A stretch of DNA of 64,000 bases from Bacteroidales bacterium (GCA_963677975.1 OY782677.1:1665821-1729820), one strand, 5' to 3'; positions 8,117-17,896 are shown, counted from the stretch's first letter. The notes: generated from the letters alone by a model not told the origin. Program-made: numbers and translations.

Positions 8117-9895
8117 ATGAACGGAGTTACCCGCATTTTCGATCTGCTTCAGGTGGCCGGAAAGCGTTATAGACCGGGCCGTCCGGTATTATATGGAAAA
8201 AATAACGGTATCGTTTTCAGTGTAGATGCCGAAACCTACTCCCGCAATAGCTTCTCAATCGGTAAGGCGCTAATGGATTCGGGCATTAAACAGGGCGACA
8301 GGGTTGCTACGATAATAAACAATCGCCCTGAATGGAACTTTTTCGATATGGCTATCGGACTTATCGGTGCCGTGCAGGTCCCGGTTTATCCTACGCTTAG
8401 CGAAGATCAGATCAGGTATATATTCAGGGATGCATCCATTTCAGGCCTGGTTGTTAATGATTCTTTAATTTTCGAAAGGATTAGGACTGTTGCTGCCGAA
8501 ACTCCTTCCCTGAAAATTATTTTTTCGGTCGACCCGGTTCCGGGGCTTACATGCCTTAACAACATGCTAAGTGAATATATACCCGGAATCCCGCATAGTG
8601 ATGTCAGGGCAATTGCTGATAAAATATTACCATCCGCACTCTTTGCTATTATTTATACTTCGGGGACAACCGGCAGACCAAAAGGGGTAATGCTTTCGCA
8701 CAATAACCTGGTAAGTAATTTCCTTGCACTTACCCAAATCCTTGCACAGCAACCGGTCGCAAAAGCGGCCAGTGTGCTTCCTCTCTGCCATATTTACGAA
8801 AGGATTTTGAATTATACCTACCAGAATTCAGGAACGGCAATATGGTATATCGAAGGATTCGATAAGTTACGCGAAAACCTTGCCGAAGCACAGCCCGACA
8901 TGTTTTGTGCCGTACCGCGTTTGCTGGAAAAGCTTTTTGATGCCATTATGGCAAAAGGCCGCGACTTTAAAGGCATAAAACGATTCCTTTTCTTTAGGGC
9001 AATTGCTGTCGGGCAGCAATACGAACCCTATGCAGAATTTGGTTTGTTCTATCATATTCAACTGGCTATATACCGCCGGCTTGTTTTTAAAAAATGGCGC
9101 GATGCTCTTGGAGGCAAACTGATTTCAATAGTTTCGGGTGGTGCCAGTCTTAATCCCAGAATTGCCCGTATTTTCTGGGCGGCAGGTTTTAAACTCATGG
9201 AAGGATACGGACTTACGGAAACATCGCCGGTTATTGCTGTGAGCAATTTTCTTAAAGGCGGTGCACGTACCGGCACTGTGGGGCCGGTTTTGCCGGGAGT
9301 CGAACTGAGGTTTGCTCCCGACGGCGAAATCCTTGTTCGTGGCCCGAACGTAATGCTTGGTTATTATAAAAGACCGGAACGAACTGCCGATGTAATTGAT
9401 CCCGAAGGTTGGTTCCATACCGGTGATATTGGTCAGCTGGTCGATGGTACATACGTTCAGATCACCGACAGGAAAAAGGAAATCTTCAAAACATCGGGAG
9501 GAAAATATATTGCACCCCAGGTGCTGGAAAACCGGTTTAATGAATCGGCTTTTATTGAACATATTGTCATTATCGGAGAAAACCGCAAACATCCCTCAGC
9601 TATAATTGTTCCTGCATTCGATTACCTGAAAAGCTGGTGCAGGGTGAAAAGAATAAAGTATACGACCGATGCGGAAATGATCCGTCATCCGCGAATCATA
9701 AACCGTATTGAAGAGGAGATCTTCAGGATTAACCAGCATTTTGCCCGTCACGAACAGGTAAAAAAATGGGAAATTATAGCCGACCGCTGGAGCCCCGACA
9801 CAAGAGAACTGTCGCAGACACTGAAACTCCGGCGTAAATTCCTGAATGAGAAATATGCTGATTTGATTGAGAAAATCTACGAAAACCTGGAGTGA
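8117..9895 (+). CDS. long-chain acyl-CoA synthetase (AMP-forming), paralog 2
   Basis: 592 aa, collinear with the upstream paralog (IIYTSGTTGRPKGVMLSHNN, GYGLTETSP, DRKKEIFKTSGGKYIAP). Confidence 0.88.
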   Translation: MNGVTRIFDLLQVAGKRYRPGRPVLYGKNNGIVFSVDAETYSRNSFSIGKALMDSGIKQGDRVATIINNRPEWNFFDMAIGLIGAVQVPVYPTLSEDQIRYIFRDASISGLVVNDSLIFERIRTVAAETPSLKIIFSVDPVPGLTCLNNMLSEYIPGIPHSDVRAIADKILPSALFAIIYTSGTTGRPKGVMLSHNNLVSNFLALTQILAQQPVAKAASVLPLCHIYERILNYTYQNSGTAIWYIEGFDKLRENLAEAQPDMFCAVPRLLEKLFDAIMAKGRDFKGIKRFLFFRAIAVGQQYEPYAEFGLFYHIQLAIYRRLVFKKWRDALGGKLISIVSGGASLNPRIARIFWAAGFKLMEGYGLTETSPVIAVSNFLKGGARTGTVGPVLPGVELRFAPDGEILVRGPNVMLGYYKRPERTADVIDPEGWFHTGDIGQLVDGTYVQITDRKKEIFKTSGGKYIAPQVLENRFNESAFIEHIVIIGENRKHPSAIIVPAFDYLKSWCRVKRIKYTTDAEMIRHPRIINRIEEEIFRINQHFARHEQVKKWEIIADRWSPDTRELSQTLKLRRKFLNEKYADLIEKIYENLE

Positions 9896-9902
9896 TCTCC
9901 AA

Positions 9903-9970
9903 TTTGCGATTTCGGATGTATAATTTCAGACCTCAGAATCGGGGTCTGGATTTCCAAACTACAAACGAAG
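9903..9970. repeat. degenerate heptamer-periodic intergenic array with embedded hairpin (cagacc-N10-ggtctg, 9927-9948)
   Basis: aatttgc gatttcg gatgtat aatttca gacctca gaatcgg ggtctgg atttcca aactaca, read directly. It sits between convergent gene ends. Confidence 0.55.
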
Positions 9971-9978
9971 TGTTATTC

Positions 9979-10998
9979 CTAATGTAATATTTTGAAAACC
10001 AGTTCCCTGAGTAATTCGCCATGGTCGGCTGAGTAATTGTCAATCCCTATGGCACGGGTGTTGCATTCACGGATCCAGCCGATAATCTGCTGTATTTTAT
10101 TCGCATTGTAATTCCGGTAGGCATCAAAATAATCAAACTTATTGTAGTTGGAGAGTTTCGCTTTGCTTAAAATGGATGCTTCCGATTTGTCGGTAAGGGA
10201 ATGTATCAGGAGCACCTTGCTGAAAAAGCCAAATAACATGGGTATAGTTTTGAAAAGTGAATTCTCGCCCGGGTTCAGCGAAAAATGATTCGCTATCTGG
10301 TTCGATTTCAGAACATTTTTCTTTGCTATGGCTTTCTGGAATTCAAATATGTTATAGTCTTTGCTTATACCGATATAAAGCTCAATTTCATTTTCGGTAA
10401 TTACCTTATGTTTCGGGTGGTTTATGTATAATTTACCGAGCTCGTTGTTGATTTTTTCAAGGTTGGTTCCCAGGTATTCCACCAGCATAATGGCCGCCTT
10501 ATCCGAAATGGAATAACCGTTGTTTTTTACCATACCGGCAATCCATACCGGCATATCACTCTCATATTTCTTTTTCGATTCGAGTGTAACTGCTTTATCC
10601 GAACTTCCCAGAACCTTGAGTAATTTGGCTGGCGGTGCTTTGTATTTATAACAGATAACAAGAATGGTCGATTGAGGCGGGTGGCGTATATATGATAGCA
10701 GGATATCGAGTGTTTCTTCTTTTTTCAGATCCATATCCTGGGCTTCGCGCAGCACCAGCAGCTGCCTTTCGCCAACCATAGGGAATTGTTTGCAGTAATT
10801 AACCACGGTGGCGATGTTCGAATCCCTTCCATATAATACAGCAAGATTGAATTCTTTCTCCGTTTCGCTTAGTACGTTTTCGGTAAGATAATCCGACAGT
10901 TCATCGATATAAAAAGGCTCTTCTCCATAAAAAAGGTATATGCCGGTATAGGCCTTTTTCTGGAAATCCTTGATAAGCTGATAATAGGTCGATGTCAT
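9979..10998 (-). CDS. holA: DNA polymerase III subunit delta
   Basis: 339 aa. The N-terminus (...IYLFYGEEPFYIDELSDYL) and overall length and layout are typical of HolA. The adjacent HsdR_N-domain gene is a common Bacteroidota neighbour. Confidence 0.8.
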   Translation of the reverse strand: MTSTYYQLIKDFQKKAYTGIYLFYGEEPFYIDELSDYLTENVLSETEKEFNLAVLYGRDSNIATVVNYCKQFPMVGERQLLVLREAQDMDLKKEETLDILLSYIRHPPQSTILVICYKYKAPPAKLLKVLGSSDKAVTLESKKKYESDMPVWIAGMVKNNGYSISDKAAIMLVEYLGTNLEKINNELGKLYINHPKHKVITENEIELYIGISKDYNIFEFQKAIAKKNVLKSNQIANHFSLNPGENSLFKTIPMLFGFFSKVLLIHSLTDKSEASILSKAKLSNYNKFDYFDAYRNYNANKIQQIIGWIRECNTRAIGIDNYSADHGELLRELVFKILH

Positions 10999-11028
10999 TG
11001 CATGAACAGGGTTGCGGACGAATGCATC

Positions 11029-11799
11029 CTAGAATTTTAGATGCTTTACAGTCAAACGTTTTTCGATAAGTTGCTGCAGCGATTCAATCCCGATTTTTAC
11101 ATGATCTTCCATGTAATTTTCAGTCACAATTTTATCACTCTGCTCTGTCTTAACCCCGCTCGAAATCATCGGCTGGTCCGAAACAAGGAGTAAAGCTCCC
11201 GTAGGGATGTTATTGGCAAAACCGACGATGAATATAGTTGCCGTTTCGAGGTCAATCGCCATCGCCCTTGTGCTCTGAAGGTAAAGCTTGAAATCATCGT
11301 CATGCTCCCAAACCCTGCGGTTGGTTGTATACACGGTGCCAGTATAATAATCGAGTCCCATTTCGCGAATAGTGGTCGAAATAGCTTTCTGCAGGTTAAA
11401 AGCAGGCAATGCGGGTATTTCGGGAGGGAAATAGTCGTCGGAGGTTCCTTCTCCCCTGATGGCTGCAATAGGAAGAATGTAGTCGCCTAAAGCATTTATA
11501 TGTTTCAACCCGCCGCATTTTCCTAAGAAAAGGCATGCTTTTGGGTTGATTGCACTAAGCAGGTCCATTACGGTAGCTGCATTGGCACTACCCATGCCGA
11601 ATTTGATCATGGTTATATTGCCTGCTGTAGCGCTGGGCATTGAACGTTCCCTGCCCTGTATTTCAACCTTATTGAGTCGGGCAAAAGTTTCGAGGTATGC
11701 ACCGAAATTAACAAGCAGTATATATTCTCCGAAATCTTCAACTGCAGTACCGGTGTAACGGGGCAGCCAGTTTTCAACTATTTCCTTTTTTGTTTTCAT
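11029..11799 (-). CDS. amn: AMP nucleosidase (short Bacteroidota form, PNP/UDP phosphorylase fold)
   Basis: MKTKKEIVENWLPRYTG...GEYILLVNF...GMGSANAATVMDLL...GKCGGL. I chose the ATG at 11799; the track's 11832 start is a TTG extension. Confidence 0.75.
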   Translation of the reverse strand: MKTKKEIVENWLPRYTGTAVEDFGEYILLVNFGAYLETFARLNKVEIQGRERSMPSATAGNITMIKFGMGSANAATVMDLLSAINPKACLFLGKCGGLKHINALGDYILPIAAIRGEGTSDDYFPPEIPALPAFNLQKAISTTIREMGLDYYTGTVYTTNRRVWEHDDDFKLYLQSTRAMAIDLETATIFIVGFANNIPTGALLLVSDQPMISSGVKTEQSDKIVTENYMEDHVKIGIESLQQLIEKRLTVKHLKF

Positions 11800-11894
11800 G
11801 TATAGCAGAGTAAATTCAGGTATATGGGGCAAATTTAAATTTTTTAAGCCATCTTTGCTGTAATTTCAGGTGTTTTTTCCGAAATGTTGATAAA

Positions 11895-12365
11895 ATGCAG
11901 CAACTAAACTTTCCTCATTTCGATTTCAGGCTTCGTGATTTAAACGGCCGCAGCGAAATATTCGATCCCGTAAGGCACAGGTTTGTTGCGCTTACACCCG
12001 AGGAATGGGTAAGGCAGCATTTAATCGCTTACCTTCATATTGTTAAAGGATACCCGCTACACCTGATAGGCGTGGAGAAGCAACTCATGCTGAATAAACG
12101 TATAAAACGCTTCGACCTCGTTGTGTTTAAACGAAATGCAAGTCCTTTTATCCTTGCTGAATGCAAAGCGCCTGGTGTTGAAATCACCCAACATGCCTTC
12201 GATCAGGCAGCACGGTATAACATGCCGCTGCTTGCCGGGTATTTCCTTATTACTAACGGGCTCGAACATTACCCTTGCCGTATCGACTATGCCCGGAAGC
12301 AATATGTTTTTATCGAAGAAATTCCATCATATGGGAACGATGCTGAACCTATTCCTGGAAAGTAA
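11895..12365 (+). CDS. type I restriction enzyme HsdR N-terminal domain-containing protein (stand-alone)
   Basis: 156 aa. ...IFDPVRHRFVALTPEEWVRQH...DLVVF...ILAECKAP resembles the HSDR_N-type PD-(D/E)xK-like domain family. Confidence 0.65.
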   Translation: MQQLNFPHFDFRLRDLNGRSEIFDPVRHRFVALTPEEWVRQHLIAYLHIVKGYPLHLIGVEKQLMLNKRIKRFDLVVFKRNASPFILAECKAPGVEITQHAFDQAARYNMPLLAGYFLITNGLEHYPCRIDYARKQYVFIEEIPSYGNDAEPIPGK

Positions 12366-12403
12366 TCAGCTGTTGCTTACGATCCTGACTACCAGGCATA
12401 AAA

Positions 12404-12424
12404 AAAGCCGGATTGACCGGCTTT
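12404..12424. terminator. hairpin terminator between convergent genes (aaagccgg-attga-ccggcttt)
   Basis: Perfect 8-bp stem. An A-run on the left gives a U-tract for the minus-strand TPR gene. Confidence 0.65.
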
Positions 12425-12444
12425 AAAATTTGTTTATTGATGAA

Positions 12445-13419
12445 TTACTGGCATTTGAGTACCGTCTTCATCTGGTAATCAGCTGACGCTTTAAAGGTGC
12501 CTACAGCCGATTTTTTGTAATTGGCACAAGCGTTGGCAACATCTTTTTTGCCTTCATACGCTTTTGCAATTTCATAAAAGAAACGGGCCATTTTATCGGG
12601 TGTTTGTTCTTCCATTGCAAGACCGAGATTTGCGGCTTCTATGGCCTGATCAAAGTTCTTTACAAAATTGTTTGAGGATGCCAGCAGGTAATAGCATTCC
12701 TTGTTTTTGATATCGTAGGTCAGGGCACTGTTAAGTTTTGTTACGGCATCAGCGTACAATTTCTTTGTAAATGCAGTTTTCCCATCATTATACATCGAAT
12801 TTCCTATTGCTGATCTGGCAGCTTTTATGGTAACTGTATCGTTGGTTTTTGAAGCCGAAGCGATAGCAAGTTCCATATTTTCCTGCATTTTTACATTATC
12901 TCCTTTTTTCTTGAAGGCTTGCCCTTTGGCAAATAATGCTTTGCTGTACTGAGGGTCGAGTTTGAGCGCTTTATCAAGGAAAAGGATTGCTGAGTCAGCT
13001 TTTTCAGCTTTAAGCAAGGTGTTTCCCTTATTAGTATAAAGTTTTACAAGCTGATCATTCGATTTGTCGCCTATTGTTGCATCAGCGTATGTTGATGCAA
13101 ATTCATTACTTTTCTCAAAAGCACCTATTGCCTGATCATACTTCTTGTCTTTCAGGAAGCTGTTCCCCACGTTATATTGCCATGCCGGGATTACTTTTGC
13201 GACTTTCATTTTCAGTGAGTCGGCATCTTTTCCTACTGTTGCACACATTTTTAGAACATCCTGCATTTTAACAATAGCACCGGCCATGTCTGTTTTCGAA
13301 AGTTCAAGAGCTGCATTAAATGCATTACCAGCCTCTTCTTTGGTTTGAGCTATTGACTGCTTTCCTGTGAAGGTGGCAAGAATTGTTAAGGCAAAAGCCA
13401 GGATCAGGGTCTTCTTCAT
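12445..13419 (-). CDS. secreted tetratricopeptide-repeat protein
   Basis: Signal peptide MKKTLILAFALTILATFTGKQSIA, then repeated A/Y/K-rich TPR-like helices (e.g. YDQAIGAFEKS, DSAILFLDKALKLDPQYSKALFAKGQA). Confidence 0.7.
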   Translation of the reverse strand: MKKTLILAFALTILATFTGKQSIAQTKEEAGNAFNAALELSKTDMAGAIVKMQDVLKMCATVGKDADSLKMKVAKVIPAWQYNVGNSFLKDKKYDQAIGAFEKSNEFASTYADATIGDKSNDQLVKLYTNKGNTLLKAEKADSAILFLDKALKLDPQYSKALFAKGQAFKKKGDNVKMQENMELAIASASKTNDTVTIKAARSAIGNSMYNDGKTAFTKKLYADAVTKLNSALTYDIKNKECYYLLASSNNFVKNFDQAIEAANLGLAMEEQTPDKMARFFYEIAKAYEGKKDVANACANYKKSAVGTFKASADYQMKTVLKCQ

Positions 13420-13773
13420 TGATTTCAGAGAGTTAGTTGTTAATTAATTTTTCTGGTTTAACCGGCAAATATACACATAATTGTATTCGTTGCAAATCAT
13501 GTTTATCAACCTGATTGCAATAACTGTTCCAAAACGGACCGGATGGGCATATTAGCGTTTGTTAAAAAAATATAAATCTGTTTTCAGGAGCTAAACAGGT
13601 GAAAAAGAAGGTAATAATTGAAAAAAAGCAGGCATTAAAATTATTTCAGCTAAATATCTTTTAGCAGGTAATGATGATTCCGGTTAAAATACAGGCAATT
13701 TATTTTTTGCCACATGCACTTCCCCGCTAATGTCCAATTTTTGTAGCGGCTGAACTATTGTCGAAAATTGTAA

Positions 13774-13781
13774 TATATTTG
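13774..13781 (+). promoter_or_regulatory. candidate -7 box (TAtaTTTG)
   Basis: TATATTTG lies 116 nt upstream of the DUF3822-like ORF start. Confidence 0.4.
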
Positions 13782-13896
13782 TAGTTCTGTGCAATCAGTC
13801 TGACGGAGCGAATTAGTTAGGTGTAATGCGCAGATTTTCAGATTTCTATTTAATTATACCGGCAGTCTCCTGAAATATAACTAAACCACCAATCCC

Positions 13897-14772
13897 TTGG
13901 AATGTACATATAACCAGGTTGATCCTCAGTATGAAACCACTCAGGGGTTAAATTACAGGCTCTCAGTTTTGCTTTGCCAGGATGGATTTTCGTTCCTTGT
14001 AACCCATGTGCATTCTCACCAGGTATTAAAACTTTCTTCGTATAAACTCGGGCACGATGATGTAAAATATAACGGGCTTGCCGGCTGGCCTGTAAACGCA
14101 TATGAGTATTTCTCCCTGATCCGGAAAATCGATTTCCTGCAACTTAACTTCAGGCAGGTTGATATCGCAATCGCTTCTTCCAAAATTACTACTGCTCCAC
14201 AAGACTTTTTCACCCAATCCGATGCCATGGATTTGGTTTCAGCCACATACGCAGTGAGTCCTGATGATGAAATTCTTATTGAGCCTATTTTCGACCTTGG
14301 CCCAGCAACTGCCATACTTGTACCCCGGTATGTAAAGGAAAACTGTATGAGCCTGTTTCCCGGGGCATGTCTGCGCAGTGCACCGGCAGTTTTTGTTAAG
14401 GGAGTGATGCGGAATCATTCGCAGCTTATTTCGCGCCAGGTATTTATCAATATCCATCGCGAATATTTCGAGATAACTGTAATACAGGGCGTCCGATTGC
14501 TTTACCTAAATGCATTCAGGTATTCAACACCTTCGGATGTGTTGTATTATGTGATTTTCGTACTCGAACAACTGGGTTTTGTTCCTTCTGAACAGGATGT
14601 TACCCTTATGGGTAATGTTGCTCAATTGTCAACAATAGCTGAAGAATTAAAAATGTACTGTGGTTCACTGCATTTTGCTGAATGTCCAGATGCACTTCAA
14701 TACAATGATTCCTTTAACGATGCAGCCATGCATCAGTATTTTACACTTTTAAACATTTCGTTGTGCGAATAA
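13897..14772 (+). CDS. DUF3822-like protein (conserved Bacteroidota protein upstream of rsmD)
   Basis: 291 aa. ...YRLSVLLCQDGFSFLV... is typical of this family, and its position overlaps rsmD. Only a TTG start (13897) is available after the upstream stop. Confidence 0.6.
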   Translation: MECTYNQVDPQYETTQGLNYRLSVLLCQDGFSFLVTHVHSHQVLKLSSYKLGHDDVKYNGLAGWPVNAYEYFSLIRKIDFLQLNFRQVDIAIASSKITTAPQDFFTQSDAMDLVSATYAVSPDDEILIEPIFDLGPATAILVPRYVKENCMSLFPGACLRSAPAVFVKGVMRNHSQLISRQVFINIHREYFEITVIQGVRLLYLNAFRYSTPSDVLYYVIFVLEQLGFVPSEQDVTLMGNVAQLSTIAEELKMYCGSLHFAECPDALQYNDSFNDAAMHQYFTLLNISLCE

Positions 14773-15323
14773 TAAGCGGAAGCCATGCAAGACGGCTACT
14801 CAGACCACCCCTGGGATTACCGGTAAGGCCCACTACCGACCTTGCCAAAGAAAGTTTATTCAATATCCTGAATAACTATATTGACTTTGAAGACCTGAAA
14901 GTGCTTGACCTTTTCGCCGGTACGGGTAATATATCATACGAATTTGCTTCACGCGGTGCTGGCCTGGTCCTATGCATCGAACTAAACCGGAAATGTGCCG
15001 ATTATATTTCTCAAACGGCTACCCAGCTGAAATTTAGCAAAATGTCGGTTATCCAGGCCAACGTGTTTTCCTTCCTGGCCCGTCCGGCAGGTAAATACGA
15101 TGTGATTTTTGCCGATCCTCCCTACGATATGCCTGAACGCGAAAAGATTCCTCAACTGGTATTTGCCAACAACTGGCTTGCCGACGAAGGCTGGCTTATA
15201 GTTGAACACGACAGCAACATCAGCTTCAGCGACAATCCCAATTTTTCAGAGATACGCCGCTACGGGAAAGTTCATTTTTCGTTTTTTACTAAACCAAGGG
15301 CTGAAGAACAGAAAGATATCTGA
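14763..15323 (+). CDS. rsmD: 16S rRNA (guanine966-N2)-methyltransferase
   Basis: (GTG)MRIISGSHARRLLRPP...RPTTDLAKESLFNIL...DLFAGTGNISYE...FADPPY. The GTG start reproduces the family N-terminus MRIISG. Confidence 0.88.
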   Translation: MRIISGSHARRLLRPPLGLPVRPTTDLAKESLFNILNNYIDFEDLKVLDLFAGTGNISYEFASRGAGLVLCIELNRKCADYISQTATQLKFSKMSVIQANVFSFLARPAGKYDVIFADPPYDMPEREKIPQLVFANNWLADEGWLIVEHDSNISFSDNPNFSEIRRYGKVHFSFFTKPRAEEQKDI

Positions 15324-15363
15324 TATTTATCGTTTTTGTACAACACGGGTAGAGAAACATTTT

Positions 15364-15398
15364 ACATCCGACATCCGACATCCAACATCCAACTTCCG
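15364..15398. repeat. tandem heptamer array ACATCCG x2, ACATCCA x2, ACTTCCG
   Basis: Read directly: acatccgacatccgacatccaacatccaacttccg, located between the convergent rsmD and coaD ends. Confidence 0.85.
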
Positions 15399-15449
15399 CC
15401 CTTTATTATTGCGCCTTTCTAGCCCCGAATCAGGCCTGACTGCCCATGT

Positions 15450-15905
15450 CTAAATCGAAATCACCTCAGGAATAAACTGATCGATACTTCCTCCGTGTTT
15501 ATGAACTTCGCGTACAATCGACGATGTAACCATAACATATTCAGGAAGAGTAAGAAGGAATACCGTTTCGATGTCCTCATCCAGTTTGAGGTTTACCTGT
15601 GCAACGGAGCGTTCGAATTCAAAATCGGCTGACGTACGCAACCCGCGGATAATATAACTTGCGCTTACTTTTCTACAGAAATCTACGGTTAATCCATTGT
15701 AGCTCTCAACACTTACCTGTGGCAAATCGCTGAAAACCTGGTTGATCCATTCAAGTCGTCTCTCCACAGGGAAATATCCGCTTTTATCGGCGTTAACCCC
15801 TATAGCAACTATAATTTTATCGAACAAAGGTAAAGCACGCCTTACTATCGATTCGTGGCCGCGGGTAATAGGGTCGAACGAACCTGGAAAAACTGCGATT
15901 TTCAT
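15450..15905 (-). CDS. coaD: phosphopantetheine adenylyltransferase
   Basis: MKIAVFPGSFDPITRGHESIV... with the classic T/HxGH nucleotidyltransferase motif. 151 aa. Confidence 0.93.
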   Translation of the reverse strand: MKIAVFPGSFDPITRGHESIVRRALPLFDKIIVAIGVNADKSGYFPVERRLEWINQVFSDLPQVSVESYNGLTVDFCRKVSASYIIRGLRTSADFEFERSVAQVNLKLDEDIETVFLLTLPEYVMVTSSIVREVHKHGGSIDQFIPEVISI

Positions 15906-15981
15906 ACAACGATTTTGTGCAAAGTTAAAAACATATATTCAAATTGCTACCCCGGCACGCAAATGATCAGGCTATTGCCAG

Positions 15982-16611
15982 CTATTCAGGCATATAGGCT
16001 TTCCACAATTGCTGAAGCGATGCATACGTGTTCCTGATCGGGATTGAAAGTTCGGCTTTTGTAAACCATTTTTCTTCTGTTATATCTTCTTCTGTCTGAG
16101 GTACAAGGGGTTGTGGCTCCTGGCAAAGCATTTCGAACCAGTAGGTCTCTTTTAAAACAGCTCGGCCGTGACGATCAGTATAAATATGGAACGAAGAAGG
16201 GAGTTGTTTTGTGATTGAAAGTCCTTTCAGCCCGGTTTCTTCCCGAACCTCGCGTAGAGCGCCTTCGTGCACAAGTTCTGATTTATGCAGTTTCCCTTTC
16301 GGCAAATCCCATACTCCAAGCCGCTTAATAAACAGGTACTCTCCAAGGTGATTTCGTACAATGCCGCCCGCAGCTTCAATCCGTTTGAACAAGCTGTTAA
16401 ATTCAAAGTATGCTTTTTCAAAATCGGCTCCTGCAATAATCCAAAGCGTTTTACTGTCGCTGGCTCCGGTAAACCTTGCGTACTCAGCTTCAATGGATTG
16501 CCTGCCTGCATACTGAAGTATAATATCATTGTCCTGGTTTTCAGGCTTGTTGATATTTCGGCAAATAATTACTGCTTTGTCATTCAAAAAAACTGTATAC
16601 CTTTGTGCCAT
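15982..16611 (-). CDS. NUDIX hydrolase with N-terminal accessory domain
   Basis: Nudix box GKLHKSELVHEGALREVREETGL in the C-terminal half. 209 aa. Confidence 0.8.
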   Translation of the reverse strand: MAQRYTVFLNDKAVIICRNINKPENQDNDIILQYAGRQSIEAEYARFTGASDSKTLWIIAGADFEKAYFEFNSLFKRIEAAGGIVRNHLGEYLFIKRLGVWDLPKGKLHKSELVHEGALREVREETGLKGLSITKQLPSSFHIYTDRHGRAVLKETYWFEMLCQEPQPLVPQTEEDITEEKWFTKAELSIPIRNTYASLQQLWKAYMPE

Positions 16612-17260
16612 GAGAAAGAATTTTGAAGAAACCGCCCTTTATACGGCTGAATCGCTTTTGCAAATTAAAGCAATAAAGCTTGATAATGCGAATCCTTTTA
16701 CCTGGGCTTCAGGTATAAAATCACCGATTTATTGCGACAACCGCCGCACTTTATCTTATCCGAAAATCCGCACTTATATCCGCCAGGAGTTTGTTAAACT
16801 CATAAATGAAGAATTCGGTACTGTTGATGTAATTGCAGGCGTTGCTACAGGTGCAATTGCAATCGGGGCACTGGTTGCTCAGGAGTTGGGCCTGCCTTTT
16901 GTTTATATCCGTTCCGAAAAAAAGAGCCACGGCCTCGAAAACCAGATTGAAGGCGTGGTCGAAAGCGGCCAGTCGGTTGTAGTGATCGAAGACCTTATTT
17001 CGACTGGTAAAAGCAGCCTTAATGCTGTATATGCTCTGCGCGAAGCTGGTTGCAATGTTAAAGGAATGGCCGCTATCTTTACATACGGGTTACCCGATGC
17101 TGAAGAAAGTTTCAAAGCCGCCAACTGCATTTTACACACCTTAACCAACTATAATTTCCTAATCAGGAAAGCCCTCGAACAAAACCAGATTAAGGATTCG
17201 GATATGCAATCACTCATACAGTGGCGCGAAAATCCAAAAGCGTGGGGGCTCGATAAATGA
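16610..17260 (+). CDS. pyrE: orotate phosphoribosyltransferase
   Basis: MRKNFEETALYTAESLLQIKAIKL...FTWASGIKSPIYCDNR...VVVIEDLISTGKSS (PRPP-binding motif). I chose the ATG at 16610; the track start at 16529 is an extension that overlaps the NUDIX gene. Confidence 0.9.
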   Translation: MRKNFEETALYTAESLLQIKAIKLDNANPFTWASGIKSPIYCDNRRTLSYPKIRTYIRQEFVKLINEEFGTVDVIAGVATGAIAIGALVAQELGLPFVYIRSEKKSHGLENQIEGVVESGQSVVVIEDLISTGKSSLNAVYALREAGCNVKGMAAIFTYGLPDAEESFKAANCILHTLTNYNFLIRKALEQNQIKDSDMQSLIQWRENPKAWGLDK

Positions 17261-17664
17261 GCAGGCGCATCCAAAGTCAATGGACTGATATAGCTTGTGA
17301 GCCGGAAAAAGTTTTCAATTTTCTGGGTAATTTCGATAATTTCGAAAGCCTGCTGCCTGACCAGGTCGAAAACTGGCAGTCAACAGGCAATTCGTGTTCA
17401 TTCGATGTAAAAGGACTTGCCAGTCTGGGATTTAGAATTACTTCCAAAATACCGTTTGCTAAAATTTGCATGATCGGTGAAGGCAAACTACCCTTCAATT
17501 TTACGTTCAATACCGAAATTAGAGAAACAGCTCCGGGCAAATGCCAGGTTCAGGCAGTAATCGATTCCGATATGAGCCATTTTATCGCTATGGTGGCTGA
17601 AAGACCACTACAAAACTTTATCGATCTCATAGTAGTAAAACTGAAAGAGGAAATGGAAAAGTAA
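17257..17664 (+). CDS. SRPBCC-fold (START/polyketide-cyclase-like) protein
   Basis: 135 aa. ATGA overlap with the pyrE stop. The family call rests on pattern memory only (...VFNFLGNFDNFESLLPD...). Confidence 0.5.
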   Translation: MSRRIQSQWTDIACEPEKVFNFLGNFDNFESLLPDQVENWQSTGNSCSFDVKGLASLGFRITSKIPFAKICMIGEGKLPFNFTFNTEIRETAPGKCQVQAVIDSDMSHFIAMVAERPLQNFIDLIVVKLKEEMEK

Positions 17665-17696
17665 TTTCCACAATTGTTCATCAGAAGTTTATTACA

Positions 17697-17733
17697 AACA
17701 GCATCCCGGCAGGTACTTATACCTGCTGTTTTT
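17697..17733 (+). terminator. rho-independent terminator after pyrE operon
   Basis: aacag-(bulge)-caggta ctta tacctg ctgtt followed by TTTTT. Confidence 0.6.
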
Positions 17734-17785
17734 ATTTAGTCTGTATAACAAATATATTTATTGTGAATCTATATAAAGTTTGATT

Positions 17786-17793
17786 TATATTTG
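17786..17793 (+). promoter_or_regulatory. -7 box (TAtaTTTG) upstream of hdr-like cluster
   Basis: TATATTTG lies 104 nt upstream of the TTG start at 17897. Confidence 0.5.
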
Positions 17794-17896
17794 CCTTTTG
17801 CTTTGAACTTATCGTTAAGTTAAACTAGTTTTATGCTGATTGTAATGATATATAGCAAAATAAATAGAATGCTTCAACCTTTCAAAACACTGAAAT

